Shown: positions 40,774 through 50,490, numbered from the stretch's first letter. The stretch: DNA of 64,000 nt from an uncultured Nitrososphaerota archaeon (GCA_963842885.1 CAWJIE010000003.1:384001-448000), one strand, 5' to 3'. Notes: generated by a model from the letters alone, not told the origin. Numbers and translations are program-made.

Positions 40774-41637
40774 TTACTGCTTCGGGGCTTCCTTCGCGAG
40801 CTCCATGAGCTTGAAGGCGTCCAGCTCCGCGTTCTTCAGGATGGCGGCGGCTGTGTCCTTGGTGACGTAGTTCGCCTTTGCTGCTACGGCCAGCGCCTTC
40901 GCCATGGAATCCACCAGTATGATAGTAAGGACCTCCTTGGCCGGGTATTTGGCTTCAAAGGCGACGTTGAACGCCTGCCTGGCGGAGAGGCCAATGTCGC
41001 TGACGAAGGCGTCGATGTTCAGCCTGACGTCCTTCTCGGCAATCAGGAGGCCGTTCCAGTACACCATGGTGAGCGCCATTCCAGCCTTGATGGGCTTCAT
41101 GTTCAGCTTCGACATGAGAGAGGCCAGCTTGGGGTTGATGACTTCCCCTGAGTTGGCCACGACGGTGTCCTTGGTGATCCAGATGCTCCCGGACTCGATC
41201 TTGGTAATGACCTTGGCGTCCTTGAATTCGCTCAGCACTGGGCCGGGCGGGATGCCGGTGTTGCCTGCGGGGATGAGTATCTCCTCAGTGGCGATGTCTC
41301 CTGCCTTGGCGGGGAGGTAGATCTTGCCCCTCTCGAGGAGGAGGTTGAGCTTGAAGGGGTTCATGTTGGTGAAGAGGAAGAGGTTCTGGCCCGTGAGAGA
41401 AGTGTTCAGGGACTTCAGGTTCTTCTTCTTGACCGTGTCGAGTGCCTTGGTGGCGATGCGGTTCTTCGCGACCGCCAAGACCAGCTCTCCCCTGAACTTG
41501 CGCCTCAGCTCCATTATCTGCGTGGAGCGGACCTTGTTAAGGCTGGCCAGAGCGACGACGTCGTACTTCGCCGCCAGCTCCTTAATCCTATTGAACTGCT
41601 TGACCTTGCTCTCGGGGAACTGCTTGGCTGTTGACAA
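40774..41637 (-). CDS. rplP0: 50S ribosomal protein uL10 (P0)
   Basis: VAKN, FTNMNPF, PAKAGDIA, IPAGNTGIPPGP. Confidence 0.93.
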   Translation of the reverse strand: MSTAKQFPESKVKQFNRIKELAAKYDVVALASLNKVRSTQIMELRRKFRGELVLAVAKNRIATKALDTVKKKNLKSLNTSLTGQNLFLFTNMNPFKLNLLLERGKIYLPAKAGDIATEEILIPAGNTGIPPGPVLSEFKDAKVITKIESGSIWITKDTVVANSGEVINPKLASLMSKLNMKPIKAGMALTMVYWNGLLIAEKDVRLNIDAFVSDIGLSARQAFNVAFEAKYPAKEVLTIILVDSMAKALAVAAKANYVTKDTAAAILKNAELDAFKLMELAKEAPKQ

Positions 41638-41642
41638 CCGAG

Positions 41643-42294
41643 TCAGGCTCCTGTGCCCTTGGCGATGCCGCCCATGGCGAGCTTCACACCGTACTTCTTG
41701 ACGCTCTTGATGCCGCCGGGAAGCTTCTTCTCAAGGCTCTCGAGGACGGCCAGGGCATTGGCTGCCAGCTTGTCGGTCTCCATGTCTTCAGTACCTATCT
41801 TGCATGAAACTGCGCTGTGGGCCCTCGTCCTAACGCGGACGCTGCTCCTCAGCCTTTCTATCATGGCCTCCAACGGAGAGTTCACCGTGATGGGGAGGGG
41901 CATCTTCCCTCTGGGACCCAGGATAAGGGCCGAGGGACTTGCCGACCTTGGGCATAAGGGAGGTATCCGCCAAGAAGAAGTCGCTGTCCCTGGCCAGCTT
42001 CTTGGCGTCCTTCTTGTTCGTCCCCAGCCTGTCCAGCTCGTCGGGGGCGACAATCTGTTCGACGTTGGCCTTCTTGGCCCTGAGGGCCAGATCGCCTGAA
42101 GCCAGGACGCAGACCGTGGCCTTCGTTGCGACCTTGTTGGGGAGGTTGACGACCTCGTTGATGTTGACGTCGGCTGCCTTTACCTTGTAAGGGTCCAGTA
42201 TCACGTAGAGCTCCACCGACTGGTTGAACTTGCGCTTGGTGGCCTTCGCCTTGGCTTCGTCTATCATCTTGATGAACGAATTCTTGTCCGCCAA
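41643..42294 (-). CDS. rpl1: 50S ribosomal protein uL1 (frameshifted)
   Basis: KRKFNQSVEL, DFFLA, LGPRGKMP, IGTEDM, KLAMG. Confidence 0.93.
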
Positions 42295-42300
42295 TTCTAA

Positions 42301-42792
42301 CTACCCTGACCTGCCAGGGCCTGGTCCCACTTCCCCTCCTCGACTTCCTTGAGGAACAGGCGGGGGTCCTTTCCCTCGACGGTGATGCCCATGCTGACGC
42401 AGGCGCCCAGGATCTCCCTGGAGCGCCGACTTGTAGGTCGTAGCATAGGTCTTCCCGAACTTGATCTTGGCCAGCTTGAGGAGCTGATCTACGGTGAGGT
42501 TGCCAGCGAAGGTGGCCTGAGGCGTGCCCGATCCCTTGTGGATACTGGCCTCCTTCGCGATGAGAGCGGATGTTGTGGGGAGGCCCACCTCCACTTCGAA
42601 GCTCTTCTCCTCGATGTCGACGGAGACCTTCACGGGGACGCGCATCCCCGAATAATCACCCGTCAGCTCGTTGATCCTCTTGACGACCGCCACGACGTTG
42701 ACCCCAAAAGGGCCGAGGGCAGGTCCCAGCGGCGGCCCAGCGTTGGCCTCACCACCGGTAACCAAGAGGCTGATGACCTTGTTTTCACCCAA
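42301..42792 (-). CDS. rpl11: 50S ribosomal protein uL11 (frameshifted)
   Basis: [29 protein letters not shown]. Confidence 0.93.
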   Translation of the reverse strand: MGENKVISLLVTGGEANAGPPLGPALGPFGVNVVAVVKRINELTGDYSGMRVPVKVSVDIEEKSFEVEVGLPTTSALIAKEASIHKGSGTPQATFAGNLTVDQLLKLAKIKFGKTYATTYKSALQGDPGRLRQHGHHRRGKGPPPVPQGSRGGEVGPGPGRSG

Positions 42793-42867
42793 AGCTCAAT
42801 CCCTTCTTACCGTAAGCGCACTGACTCCCTTTACACTGGCACTTAAAAGTTATCCCCGAAGGTTCCA

Positions 42868-43338
42868 CTACTTGCCGGCCGAGACCAGCTTGAGGTACCC
42901 CGCGTCTATGGTGACCTGCAGCTGGTAGGGGGCGTCGATGAGGGTGACCGTGGCCTCCTTCTTGGCCTGGTCGTACCTGACGACCTTGGCCCTCATGCCC
43001 TTGAACGGGCCTCCCGTCACCTCGACTATCTGGTCCACCTTGAGCTCCTCGATGACAGGCTTCACGGCGATGAGGCTGGCGACGTCGGAGATGGTCATGA
43101 CCCCCGGAACGTAGCTTCTCACATGCTTCACGCCCCCCACGCCGTCGCTGACAGCCTGGGCTGAGCCGGCTTCTATGAGGAGGTAACCCTTCATCTTCTC
43201 GCTATAGATGAGGGAGAGGATGGGAGTCTTCCTTGCCTCGACCCTGTTGGCCACGAGATTCACGACGTTCCTTTCCTGTCCCCCGGTGACCTTGACGACG
43301 AAGATGTGGGTCGGGGACGTCTTGACTTCTGTGGCCAC
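42868..43338 (-). CDS. spt5: transcription elongation factor Spt5/NusG
   Basis: VTGGQE, KGYLLIEA, VEVTGGPFKG (KOW). Confidence 0.92.
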   Translation of the reverse strand: MATEVKTSPTHIFVVKVTGGQERNVVNLVANRVEARKTPILSLIYSEKMKGYLLIEAGSAQAVSDGVGGVKHVRSYVPGVMTISDVASLIAVKPVIEELKVDQIVEVTGGPFKGMRAKVVRYDQAKKEATVTLIDAPYQLQVTIDAGYLKLVSAGK

Positions 43339-43340
43339 CT

Positions 43341-43562
43341 CTAGGCCACCAGCCCGAAGAGGACGGCGACTATGGCGGCCGCCTTCGGCGCGAGGAAGTT
43401 GCTGATCATCGTGGCGACGATATGTATGACAAATCCCACTCCGCCTACGACCGCGACTCCAAGGATGACGAGCTTTAGGTAGAGCATGTATTCTGTGCTG
43501 TCGCTCTTCTTGCTGTACTTCAGGGTGTTCACGAGCTCCCTGATGGAGTTGGAGATGTTCAT
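43341..43562 (-). CDS. secE: protein translocase SecE/Sec61gamma
   Basis: LKYSKK...EY...LG...VGGVGFVI; conserved position before spt5. Confidence 0.85.
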   Translation of the reverse strand: MNISNSIRELVNTLKYSKKSDSTEYMLYLKLVILGVAVVGGVGFVIHIVATMISNFLAPKAAAIVAVLFGLVA

Positions 43563-43699
43563 CGACGGAATGACAGACATTTCTCGGCATTTTAAGCGTT
43601 TTGTCGTCATGCCGAATCGGTCTTGCAGGAAGTCGATGAGAAGCGGGACTTCTGGCTGAAGATGGAATCTTTTCAAGATAGCACAATCGTGGACGAGAT

Positions 43700-43835
43700 G
43701 AGGGGAGAGCCGGTGCGGCCCTAGACGCCCTGGCTCCCGGTCTCCCGCAGAGTCGGTTTCAAGCACTTTGGCCTAGCTAGACCTCCAACCCAGCCCCAAG
43801 CGGACCGGCGGGAGACTGGGTACAGATGATGAGAC
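43700..43835 (+). ncRNA. candidate structured ncRNA (H/ACA-like hairpin)
   Basis: 13-bp stem CCCGGTCTCCCGC/GCGGGAGACTGGG (G-U compatible on + strand) followed by TACA and ATGATGA. Confidence 0.3.
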
Positions 43836-43884
43836 TGTCGAGGCGCAGGCAAAGCTTAAAGTTTGACGATGCCCGACGGAGGGG

Positions 43885-44796
43885 ATGAGAATGAAGAAGG
43901 ACTTTCTCTCGGTGGGCGACCTAAGCAAGAAAGAGATGGAGAGGCTGTTCCAGATTGCCAAAGAGCTGAAGCGGAAGCCATACGGCACGGCCCTCAAGGA
44001 CAAGACTATTGTGCTACTCTTCGAGAAGGCTTCGACGAGGACCCGCCTGAGCTTCGAGGCCGGGATCGGCCATTTGGGAGGGAGGTCCATCTATGTCGAT
44101 GCTTCGACATCTCAGCTTGCTCGTGGCGAAACGGTGGAGGACACTGGCCGGGTAATGGAACGCTTCGTGGATGGGATCGTGGCCCGCGTCTACAAACATG
44201 AGATGTTGTTAGGCTTGGCAAAGAACTCCCGGATCCCCGTCGTCAATGCCCTCTCTGACTTGGAGCATCCGTGTCAGGCAATCGCAGACCTCTTCACGGT
44301 TCTGGAGAAGGCAGGGAGCTTCAAGGATCAGAAGGTGGCCTTCATTGGTGACGGGGACAACGTCTGCAATTCGCTCATGTTGGGCTGCGCCATCTTGGGG
44401 GTGGAATTCTCGGCCGCGACTCCCCCCGGGTACAAGCCCAACGCGGAGATCCTCGCCAAGGCGAAGAAGCTGGCCGGCAGCAAGATCCAGATATTCGACG
44501 ACCCAGTCAAGGCTGTAAACGACGCCTCCTTCGTTTACACCGATGTTTTCGTGAGCATGGGCAACGAAGCCCAGAAGGAGGAGAGGCTCAAGATCTTCGT
44601 ACCCAAGTACCAAGTGACCCGCGAGCTCATGAGGCATGCGAGGAAGGAAGCACTGTTCATGCACTGTCTCCCGGCCCACAGGGGGCAGGAGGTGGCTGCC
44701 GACGTCATCGACGGCAAGAGCTCCATAGTGTTCGACCAGGCAGAGAACAGGATGCATACGCAGAATGCGCTGCTGAAGATGCTGTACTCCCGATAG
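43885..44796 (+). CDS. argF: ornithine carbamoyltransferase
   Basis: STRTR, HPCQ, GDG.NV, SMG, HCLP, QAENR. Confidence 0.95.
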   Translation: MRMKKDFLSVGDLSKKEMERLFQIAKELKRKPYGTALKDKTIVLLFEKASTRTRLSFEAGIGHLGGRSIYVDASTSQLARGETVEDTGRVMERFVDGIVARVYKHEMLLGLAKNSRIPVVNALSDLEHPCQAIADLFTVLEKAGSFKDQKVAFIGDGDNVCNSLMLGCAILGVEFSAATPPGYKPNAEILAKAKKLAGSKIQIFDDPVKAVNDASFVYTDVFVSMGNEAQKEERLKIFVPKYQVTRELMRHARKEALFMHCLPAHRGQEVAADVIDGKSSIVFDQAENRMHTQNALLKMLYSR

Positions 44797-45702
44797 CTAG
44801 CCCAATATCTTGTCGACGAGCCAGATGGAGTCGAAGGCCTGCAGGTCTTCGTACGACTGTCCGACGCCGAGATAGAGGATGGGGGTCTTGGTCACGTACG
44901 CGACGCTCACGGCGGCCCCTCCCTTCACGTCGGCGTCGGCTTTGGCTAGAATGACGGCGTCGAAACCAATCCTGTCGTGGAACTCTCGGGCCTGGTTGAT
45001 CAGGTCGTTCCCTGCGAGGGCGTCGCCTACGAAGATCTTCAGGTCGGGCTGGACCACCTTGACGACCTTGTTGAGCTCGTCCATCAGGTTCTTGGAGGTC
45101 TGCATCCTACCGGCGGTATCCACGAGGACCACGTCGTAGCCATGCTGCTTGGCGAATAGTATCGAATCACGGGCGACGGCGGCCGGGTCCGCCCCGTACC
45201 TCTGGTGGATGGACTTCAGTCCCAGGCGGGAGGCGTGGGTTTCGAGCTGCTCGATGGCCCCTGCGCGGAACGTGTCCGCCGCCGCCAGAAGGACCTTGTA
45301 CCCCCTCCCGGTCAGCCTGTGAGCGAGCTTGGCGATCGACGTCGTCTTGCCTGTGCCGTTGATGCCGAGGAAGACGATGATATAGGGCTCCTTCGCCGCG
45401 TTCCTCCTCTTGATCCTTTCCTCGAGGTCAATCCTCTCCCCCGTGGGGAAGAGCTGGAGCAGAGACGACCTGAGGGTGGAGTCGACGAGCTTCTGGAGAT
45501 CGCTTCCCCTCTCGACCCTCCTTCCGACCAGCTCCTTCTTGATGGAGGCCTCCATGAACTCCACCGCTTCGAGGGCCACTTCGCTTTCAAGGAGGGCGAC
45601 CTCGAATTCGTTGAGGGTGGAGGTCAGGTCCTCCTCCGAAAGGGTCTTGGTGGTTACGCTCTCCTTGAAACCCTCTATCGCCTTTCGGAGCTTCTCGAAC
45701 AA
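44797..45702 (-). CDS. ftsY: SRP receptor FtsY
   Basis: GINGTGKTT, AADTFRAGA, DTAGR, KGG, GVGQ.YEDL. Confidence 0.95.
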   Translation of the reverse strand: MFEKLRKAIEGFKESVTTKTLSEEDLTSTLNEFEVALLESEVALEAVEFMEASIKKELVGRRVERGSDLQKLVDSTLRSSLLQLFPTGERIDLEERIKRRNAAKEPYIIVFLGINGTGKTTSIAKLAHRLTGRGYKVLLAAADTFRAGAIEQLETHASRLGLKSIHQRYGADPAAVARDSILFAKQHGYDVVLVDTAGRMQTSKNLMDELNKVVKVVQPDLKIFVGDALAGNDLINQAREFHDRIGFDAVILAKADADVKGGAAVSVAYVTKTPILYLGVGQSYEDLQAFDSIWLVDKILG

Positions 45703-45718
45703 GGATAGGACCTTCTTC

Positions 45719-46168
45719 CTAGGTGTCGCCCGGAGGCTGGTCGGAGCTCTGGGTCCCTTCCGTCGGCGTCTGTGAGAGTTCCAGCTGTTGCTGGTAGGCC
45801 TGAAGCCTTTCGGCGACCTCCTTCTTCTGGGACGAGATCTTCCCCAGTGTGTCCTCGATCTCCTTGATCCTCTCCTTCAGGAAGGACACGGCGTCTTCAG
45901 GGGACTTCTCCAGCGCCACCCCCGACCCCACTTCCACAACGACTTTCCCCCCTCCCGTGAAGGAGACGGGCAGGTGCGCGCCTCCCCCTATGGGGACGAG
46001 GAGCTCGGCCGACTTCGTGTCCTTCAGGGCGGTCACCGAAGCCAGGGACGCCTTGTCCTCTCGATAGAGCCGGACCAATATGGACTCCCGATTGGAAAGG
46101 TCCTGATAGTACTCTTCCAGAAGCCTGAGCTGCACCGCGATGGCCTGCGCGCTTTCATCGTCACTCAA
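45719..46168 (-). CDS. pfdA: prefoldin subunit alpha
   Basis: LVPIGGG, VEVGSG..LEK; conserved position. Confidence 0.88.
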   Translation of the reverse strand: MSDDESAQAIAVQLRLLEEYYQDLSNRESILVRLYREDKASLASVTALKDTKSAELLVPIGGGAHLPVSFTGGGKVVVEVGSGVALEKSPEDAVSFLKERIKEIEDTLGKISSQKKEVAERLQAYQQQLELSQTPTEGTQSSDQPPGDT

Positions 46169-46205
46169 TTACAAGAACACCGAGATTACTGGAGGGGCTC
46201 CTATT

Positions 46206-46871
46206 CTAGACCTTAAAGGCTTTTCCCAGTATGAAGAGCTCAGGACCAGTCGTAGAAGTCCCCACGATGGCAGCCCTGCTGTTGACCAAGACTCCGGATG
46301 CGACGAAAGGGACCCCGCCGTTGATGGAGCTGACGTCACAGTCGACATGGAGGGCTCCCTTAATCCACTTTAGGTCCTCCTCGCTGGCCCTGGGGTGCAC
46401 CAGAGCTCCGCTGTTGGAAGCGGCGACGACGGCGCCCAGCTGATAGTAGCCGGCTATTCTCCCCTTCTCCACGGGGACGCCGAAGACCTCCTTGATCTGC
46501 TTGACCTCTGCGCCGGAGAACACATCGCCGACGGCCGCGCCGTAGTCGTTGACTGCCACCAGGTTGCCGACGGAGGAGTAGAGTGAATCAAGACGCTCGA
46601 CGTTGAGGCCCGTCTCCCTCTTCAGCATGATGATCTCGTCATCTTCGGCGAACCTCGAAAGGAGGAGGCCGTTGCTGTTGGCCGCCATCAGCGGTCCCAG
46701 TAAGCGGGTGCCGCCGACGCTGGCGTGCAGGAGCTTGACTCCGAGAAGAGAGGCCAGCCTCTCCGACTTCAGCTCGGAGTAGGCGACGGGCATGATGAGG
46801 ATCTTCTCGTTGGCCTTAGAGAAGATGCCTAGGTTGGGGTTCCTGTAGACATCGGAAAGATAGACACCCAA
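46206..46871 (-). CDS. eif6: translation initiation factor 6 (aIF6)
   Basis: NPNLG, ANSNG, GN...ND.G, LVHP, TTGPEL. Confidence 0.92.
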   Translation of the reverse strand: MGVYLSDVYRNPNLGIFSKANEKILIMPVAYSELKSERLASLLGVKLLHASVGGTRLLGPLMAANSNGLLLSRFAEDDEIIMLKRETGLNVERLDSLYSSVGNLVAVNDYGAAVGDVFSGAEVKQIKEVFGVPVEKGRIAGYYQLGAVVAASNSGALVHPRASEEDLKWIKGALHVDCDVSSINGGVPFVASGVLVNSRAAIVGTSTTGPELFILGKAFKV

Positions 46872-47087
46872 ACGCTAGGGACCGCCCAGACTAGAGGTAG
46901 CTTTCGTCGTCAATGGCCAGAGCTGCCGGCGAGAGTTATTTTAACGTTGACGTTGATGGTGCTGAGCCTACGCATCCACGGCGAATGACTGGAACCTCCC
47001 CCTGAAGGGCCGCAGCCCCAAGCGACAATCCAAGCTAGCGCTGGACCTTCGCGAATCAGAACGTTTTGAACGATGGACCTATTCCTT

Positions 47088-47510
47088 CTAGGCTTCGGCG
47101 GGCTGTTCCGCCTCGGCTACGGCCTTCTCCTCCGGCTTCTCTTCAAGCGCCGGGGGCTTCGTCGCCTCAACCTTGGGCTCCTCCTTCTTCTCCTCCTTTG
47201 CTTCCTTCTTCGCTTCCTTCTCCTCCTCTTCCTCTTTCTCGTCGGGGAGCTTCACGGTGACTACGCCCTCGGCGTCCTTGGTGACCTTGACGGAGATTCT
47301 CGGCAGCCTTGACCTCTTGCCTTCAGTCCAAAGCTGCTCGTTGAGCTTCTGGCTGATCTTCACTTCGTCCTCCTCGACCTTCATGTGGTGGGCGACTTGC
47401 TCCTTCAGCACGTTTACGATTCGGTCGGTGCGCCTATACCTCGGCGTGGGCTTGGCGCGCGAAAGTGAAATCGTCATCAGTTTCTCAGCCGTCTCTTCGG
47501 CTTCAGACAA
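47088..47510 (-). CDS. rpl31e: 50S ribosomal protein eL31 with acidic C-terminal extension
   Basis: TISL, R.RR, HMK, LNE.LW.G. Confidence 0.88.
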   Translation of the reverse strand: MSEAEETAEKLMTISLSRAKPTPRYRRTDRIVNVLKEQVAHHMKVEEDEVKISQKLNEQLWTEGKRSRLPRISVKVTKDAEGVVTVKLPDEKEEEEEKEAKKEAKEEKKEEPKVEATKPPALEEKPEEKAVAEAEQPAEA

Positions 47511-47523
47511 TGCTCAGTTCCCT

Positions 47524-47679
47524 CTAAATCTTCAGCTTGCGAGAACGCCAATTCCTCTGCTTGGGGTTGCGAGAAACCTTCCTGTTAGTCTTTACGACTA
47601 CCCATGTGGGGGCACTCGAGTTCTGATTAAGGGCCTTCATGAGACGTTTCTTCTCCCCAGAAGTCTTGTGGCTGCTCAT
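47524..47679 (-). CDS. rpl39e: 50S ribosomal protein eL39 (absent from ORF track)
   Basis: Own translation [51 protein letters not shown]. Confidence 0.93.
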   Translation of the reverse strand: MSSHKTSGEKKRLMKALNQNSSAPTWVVVKTNRKVSRNPKQRNWRSRKLKI

Positions 47680-47696
47680 CCTTCGTCCTCATTCCT

Positions 47697-47993
47697 CTAA
47701 ATATACCTGATTTTAAACTCTCTTCTAGGCTCGTCGAACCGGCCTAGCATATCCTTGAGCTCCTCGTCGGTGACGGGATGGCCCATCTTGCCGGCGGCCC
47801 CCAACTTGATAATCTGGTCCTCTATTGCCCCCGCCAAGTCGGGCTTTACCAGCTTCACGTTGTTAAGCCTGGACCTGGCCTCGGGGGTGAAGAACATTCG
47901 TAGGTACTGCTCCTTGAGCTTGGCCCTCTTCAGCTCTTCCTCTTCATCCTTGGAGTCGCCGCGTTGTGGCTTAGACATTCGTCCGACCTCCAT
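47697..47993 (-). CDS. PDCD5-like DNA-binding protein
   Basis: TPEARSRLNNVKLVKPDLA, TDEELK. Confidence 0.88.
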   Translation of the reverse strand: MEVGRMSKPQRGDSKDEEEELKRAKLKEQYLRMFFTPEARSRLNNVKLVKPDLAGAIEDQIIKLGAAGKMGHPVTDEELKDMLGRFDEPRREFKIRYI

Positions 47994-48015
47994 CGCTCCC
48001 GTCTGGGGAACTTGT

Positions 48016-48471
48016 TTAAGAAACTATCTTGCCAAGTTCCTTGTTGTCCTTGGCCATTTCCTTGAAGACCTCGGTGCTGAGCTTGTCGAGGAGCCTCCTT
48101 CCTTCGGCAGAAACGACGCGTCCTTTGGTCGTCTTCTGCAGGAAACCCGCGGCCTGGAGTTGGGCGATTACCTTCCTTATGCTGGAGCTTCCGGCATCCC
48201 TGTGATGGGCGAGGGTGTAGCCAACGGCAGTCAGGCCGCCGTATTCGGTCCTAAGATCGCTTACGCCGATGGGGCCATGGAGGTAGAGCTTCCTAAGAAC
48301 TGAAGCGGCTCTGAAGTACCACCAATCCTTGTTCTGGGGGGGTCTTTCGGCCTGGGAGCCGGTCTTGACGTATGCGGCCCAGACGGGTGGCTGCACCTGG
48401 GACACCCGCTTGAGGTGGTCGGCCAGCTTCTCGATTAGCCTGTTCGCGGGGACGTCGTAAACTGTTGGCAA
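48016..48471 (-). CDS. rps19e: 30S ribosomal protein eS19
   Basis: VYDVPA, PPVWA.YVKTG, WWY.RAAS.LRKLY. Confidence 0.95.
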   Translation of the reverse strand: MPTVYDVPANRLIEKLADHLKRVSQVQPPVWAAYVKTGSQAERPPQNKDWWYFRAASVLRKLYLHGPIGVSDLRTEYGGLTAVGYTLAHHRDAGSSSIRKVIAQLQAAGFLQKTTKGRVVSAEGRRLLDKLSTEVFKEMAKDNKELGKIVS

Positions 48472-48618
48472 ATCTACTCGTCCTCATAGTCGCCCTCAGA
48501 GACGTATTTTAAAGTTTGGCGGGCCTCTTCCTCCGCAGCCAGAGCGAATGCGGAAGTGCGGGCTTGGGAAACCTCAAGATGTCGATTCCAACTAGTTTCG
48601 TTGAGGCGAATCTCGGCG

Positions 48619-48887
48619 GTGTCTCAGACGAAGGGTGTCTCGACTCTGCAGATGGGCAACCTTCTGGCATTCCTTACTGTGGTGGTCGTCAACGCCTTGG
48701 CAGCCGCGCGCTGGTCGCCAAGAGAGACCTGGCCTATGGTTTGGTGATCGCATGGGCGCTAGCAGGGATAGCCGCGAATCAGGGAGGGCACCCCGAAGTG
48801 GCCTCCCTAGCGCAAGCGGGCGCGCCGGCCATCGCGATGGCAATCCTCTTGCTGGGGCTTGTAGGGGCAATGAAGCGTATGAAATGA
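48619..48887 (+). pseudogene. internally deleted paralog of the TspO-like gene at 57441-58229
   Basis: GVSTLQMGNLLAFLTVVVVNALA joined out of frame to RDLAYGLVIAWALAGIAANQGGHPEVA; both match the intact copy. Confidence 0.8.
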
Positions 48888-48903
48888 TGGCGGAAGGAAG
48901 GAG

Positions 48904-49213
48904 CTACTTCCTCTTTCGAGAGGGCAACGGAAGCAGCTTCTTGCGGTAAACGCCCCCACACCTGGAGCATCTGATGACGAGCCAGCCATTGCGGACCCTT
49001 ATGGTGGAGTACTTTGGCGGAGGTGAAAACTCCTTGCACTTCTTGCAAAAGAAGAGCTTCAGCTCGTAAGGGGAACGGACGCGGGAGCGCAGCCTCAGCC
49101 TCTTGGCATTGAGGGCCTGCTTCTCTGCCATCTTGGGGTCGCTTTCCAGGGAGCGGGCTGCGGCGTAACGTCCACTTCTCCACTTCCCGCCTGATGGTGG
49201 CCTTATCCGGCAA
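48904..49213 (-). CDS. rnp4: RNase P protein Rpp21/Rpr2 (frameshifted)
   Basis: K.FFCKKC...RVR...CSRCG..R; position upstream of rps19e. Confidence 0.8.
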
Positions 49214-49262
49214 GCCCTCTTCGTCGCAACGTAGAATAACCGCCGATATAAAACATGGCTGA

Positions 49263-49946
49263 ATGGCGGAGAGAAGCTTCATCCTCGTCTTGGCTGAGAC
49301 GGCCCTCGAGACGATACCGGAGGAGCTGAAGAAGCATCCGGCTGTGAAGGCCGACGTGGAGAAGAGGGGGAAGCCGGCAGGGGAGATACTCCTCGACAGG
49401 AGCCTCCATCATGCCGCGATGCTGAAGCTGAAGGACGGGGAATCGAGAGGGAGGCCGGACATAGCCTACCACGTGCTCCTGGACGTCACGTCGTCTCCCA
49501 TCTACAGGGCCGGGATGCTCGACCTCTACATGCACACAAGGGGCGACTTGGTGCTGAGCTTCTCGAAAGGGCTGAGGCCGCCGCGGTCCTACGATCGCTT
49601 CAGGAGCCTGATGGAGCAGCTCCTCAAGGAGGGAAGGGTCGGAGGGGAGGCTGACCTGATCACCGCCGGGAAGGGCTCTTTCAAGGAGGTCTTCAGGGAG
49701 GCCAGGCCCTCCGCGGTCGTCGGCCTCTCCAAGCTTGGGAAACGCATGACCCTCCCCGATGCCGTGTCTTCCGCCCGCGGGGCCAGACCATGCTTCGTGG
49801 TCGGGGGGTTCCCCTCGGGCCACTTCAGCGAGGAGATTGAGAGGACGTTCGACTCCCTGGTTTCGATAAGCCCGCAGGGGCTGGACGCCAGCCTCGTGGT
49901 CTGCCGGCTTGTCTACGAGATGGAGAGGGCCCTCGGCCTCGAATAA
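49263..49946 (+). CDS. nep1: Nep1/EMG1 rRNA pseudouridine methyltransferase
   Basis: LLDRSLH, RGRPDI, RPPRSYDRF..LMEQLL, VGGFPSG. Confidence 0.92.
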   Translation: MAERSFILVLAETALETIPEELKKHPAVKADVEKRGKPAGEILLDRSLHHAAMLKLKDGESRGRPDIAYHVLLDVTSSPIYRAGMLDLYMHTRGDLVLSFSKGLRPPRSYDRFRSLMEQLLKEGRVGGEADLITAGKGSFKEVFREARPSAVVGLSKLGKRMTLPDAVSSARGARPCFVVGGFPSGHFSEEIERTFDSLVSISPQGLDASLVVCRLVYEMERALGLE

Positions 49947-49983
49947 CGCTTATATCCACAATGAAATCTGAAATTCGCTTTGT

Positions 49984-50075
49984 GCGACAGTCGTCCAGCC
50001 TGGTCTAGGACATCAGCCCTCCATGATGTGAATCGGGGAAAGCTGGTAACACGGGTTCAAATCCCGTCTGTCGCA
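49984..50075 (+). tRNA. tRNA-Gly(TCC) with 17-nt intron at 37/38 (50024-50040)
   Basis: GCGACAG/CTGTCGC acceptor stem, GTCC/GGAC D stem, TCAGC/GCTGG anticodon stem, GGTTCAAAT T loop, BHB motif. Confidence 0.85.
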
Positions 50076-50381
50076 CCTTGATGCCCGAATTGATCTGTGT
50101 TGACAGCTGGAAGACCTTTTCAATTGATTTTTTCCCTCGGGCTATGTCCCGTCATTGACCGGCGAAAGCGTCTGCCTGGAGACGCCCGTATAGCTCCGGC
50201 TAAAGGAATTCGACGAAGCCTAGGTCGCGAAGGACCTTGAGCTGCTGCCTGATCTTCGCCTTTATGTTGCGGTTGTCAGGATGAAGCCCTCAACGACGCT
50301 CCGAACTGATATATCTTGTCAAAGGTGAACTGGGCAAACAGTCGTATGTGCGTTGGCAAGGCACGTCCCGGGATCTGCAAG

Positions 50382-50490
50382 CGTTCTCTCGCGTTCCTAT
50401 CACGTTCTACCCACGTTCTCTCCACGTTCCGTGGGCGTTCCACACTCAGTCCCATTCGTTCCTCGCCGTTCTACGACGTTCCCCACGTTC
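50382..50490. repeat. helically phased CGTTC array (10 copies)
   Basis: CGTTC at 50382, 50392, 50403, 50414, 50425, 50436, 50457, 50467, 50477, 50486. Confidence 0.8.

Noticed and set aside
9316-49213. Widespread pseudogenisation or programmed frameshifting
   Set aside because: Frameshifts also hit essential genes (rpl1, rpl11, rnp4) with no shared slippery motif; uncorrected assembly indels explain them best.
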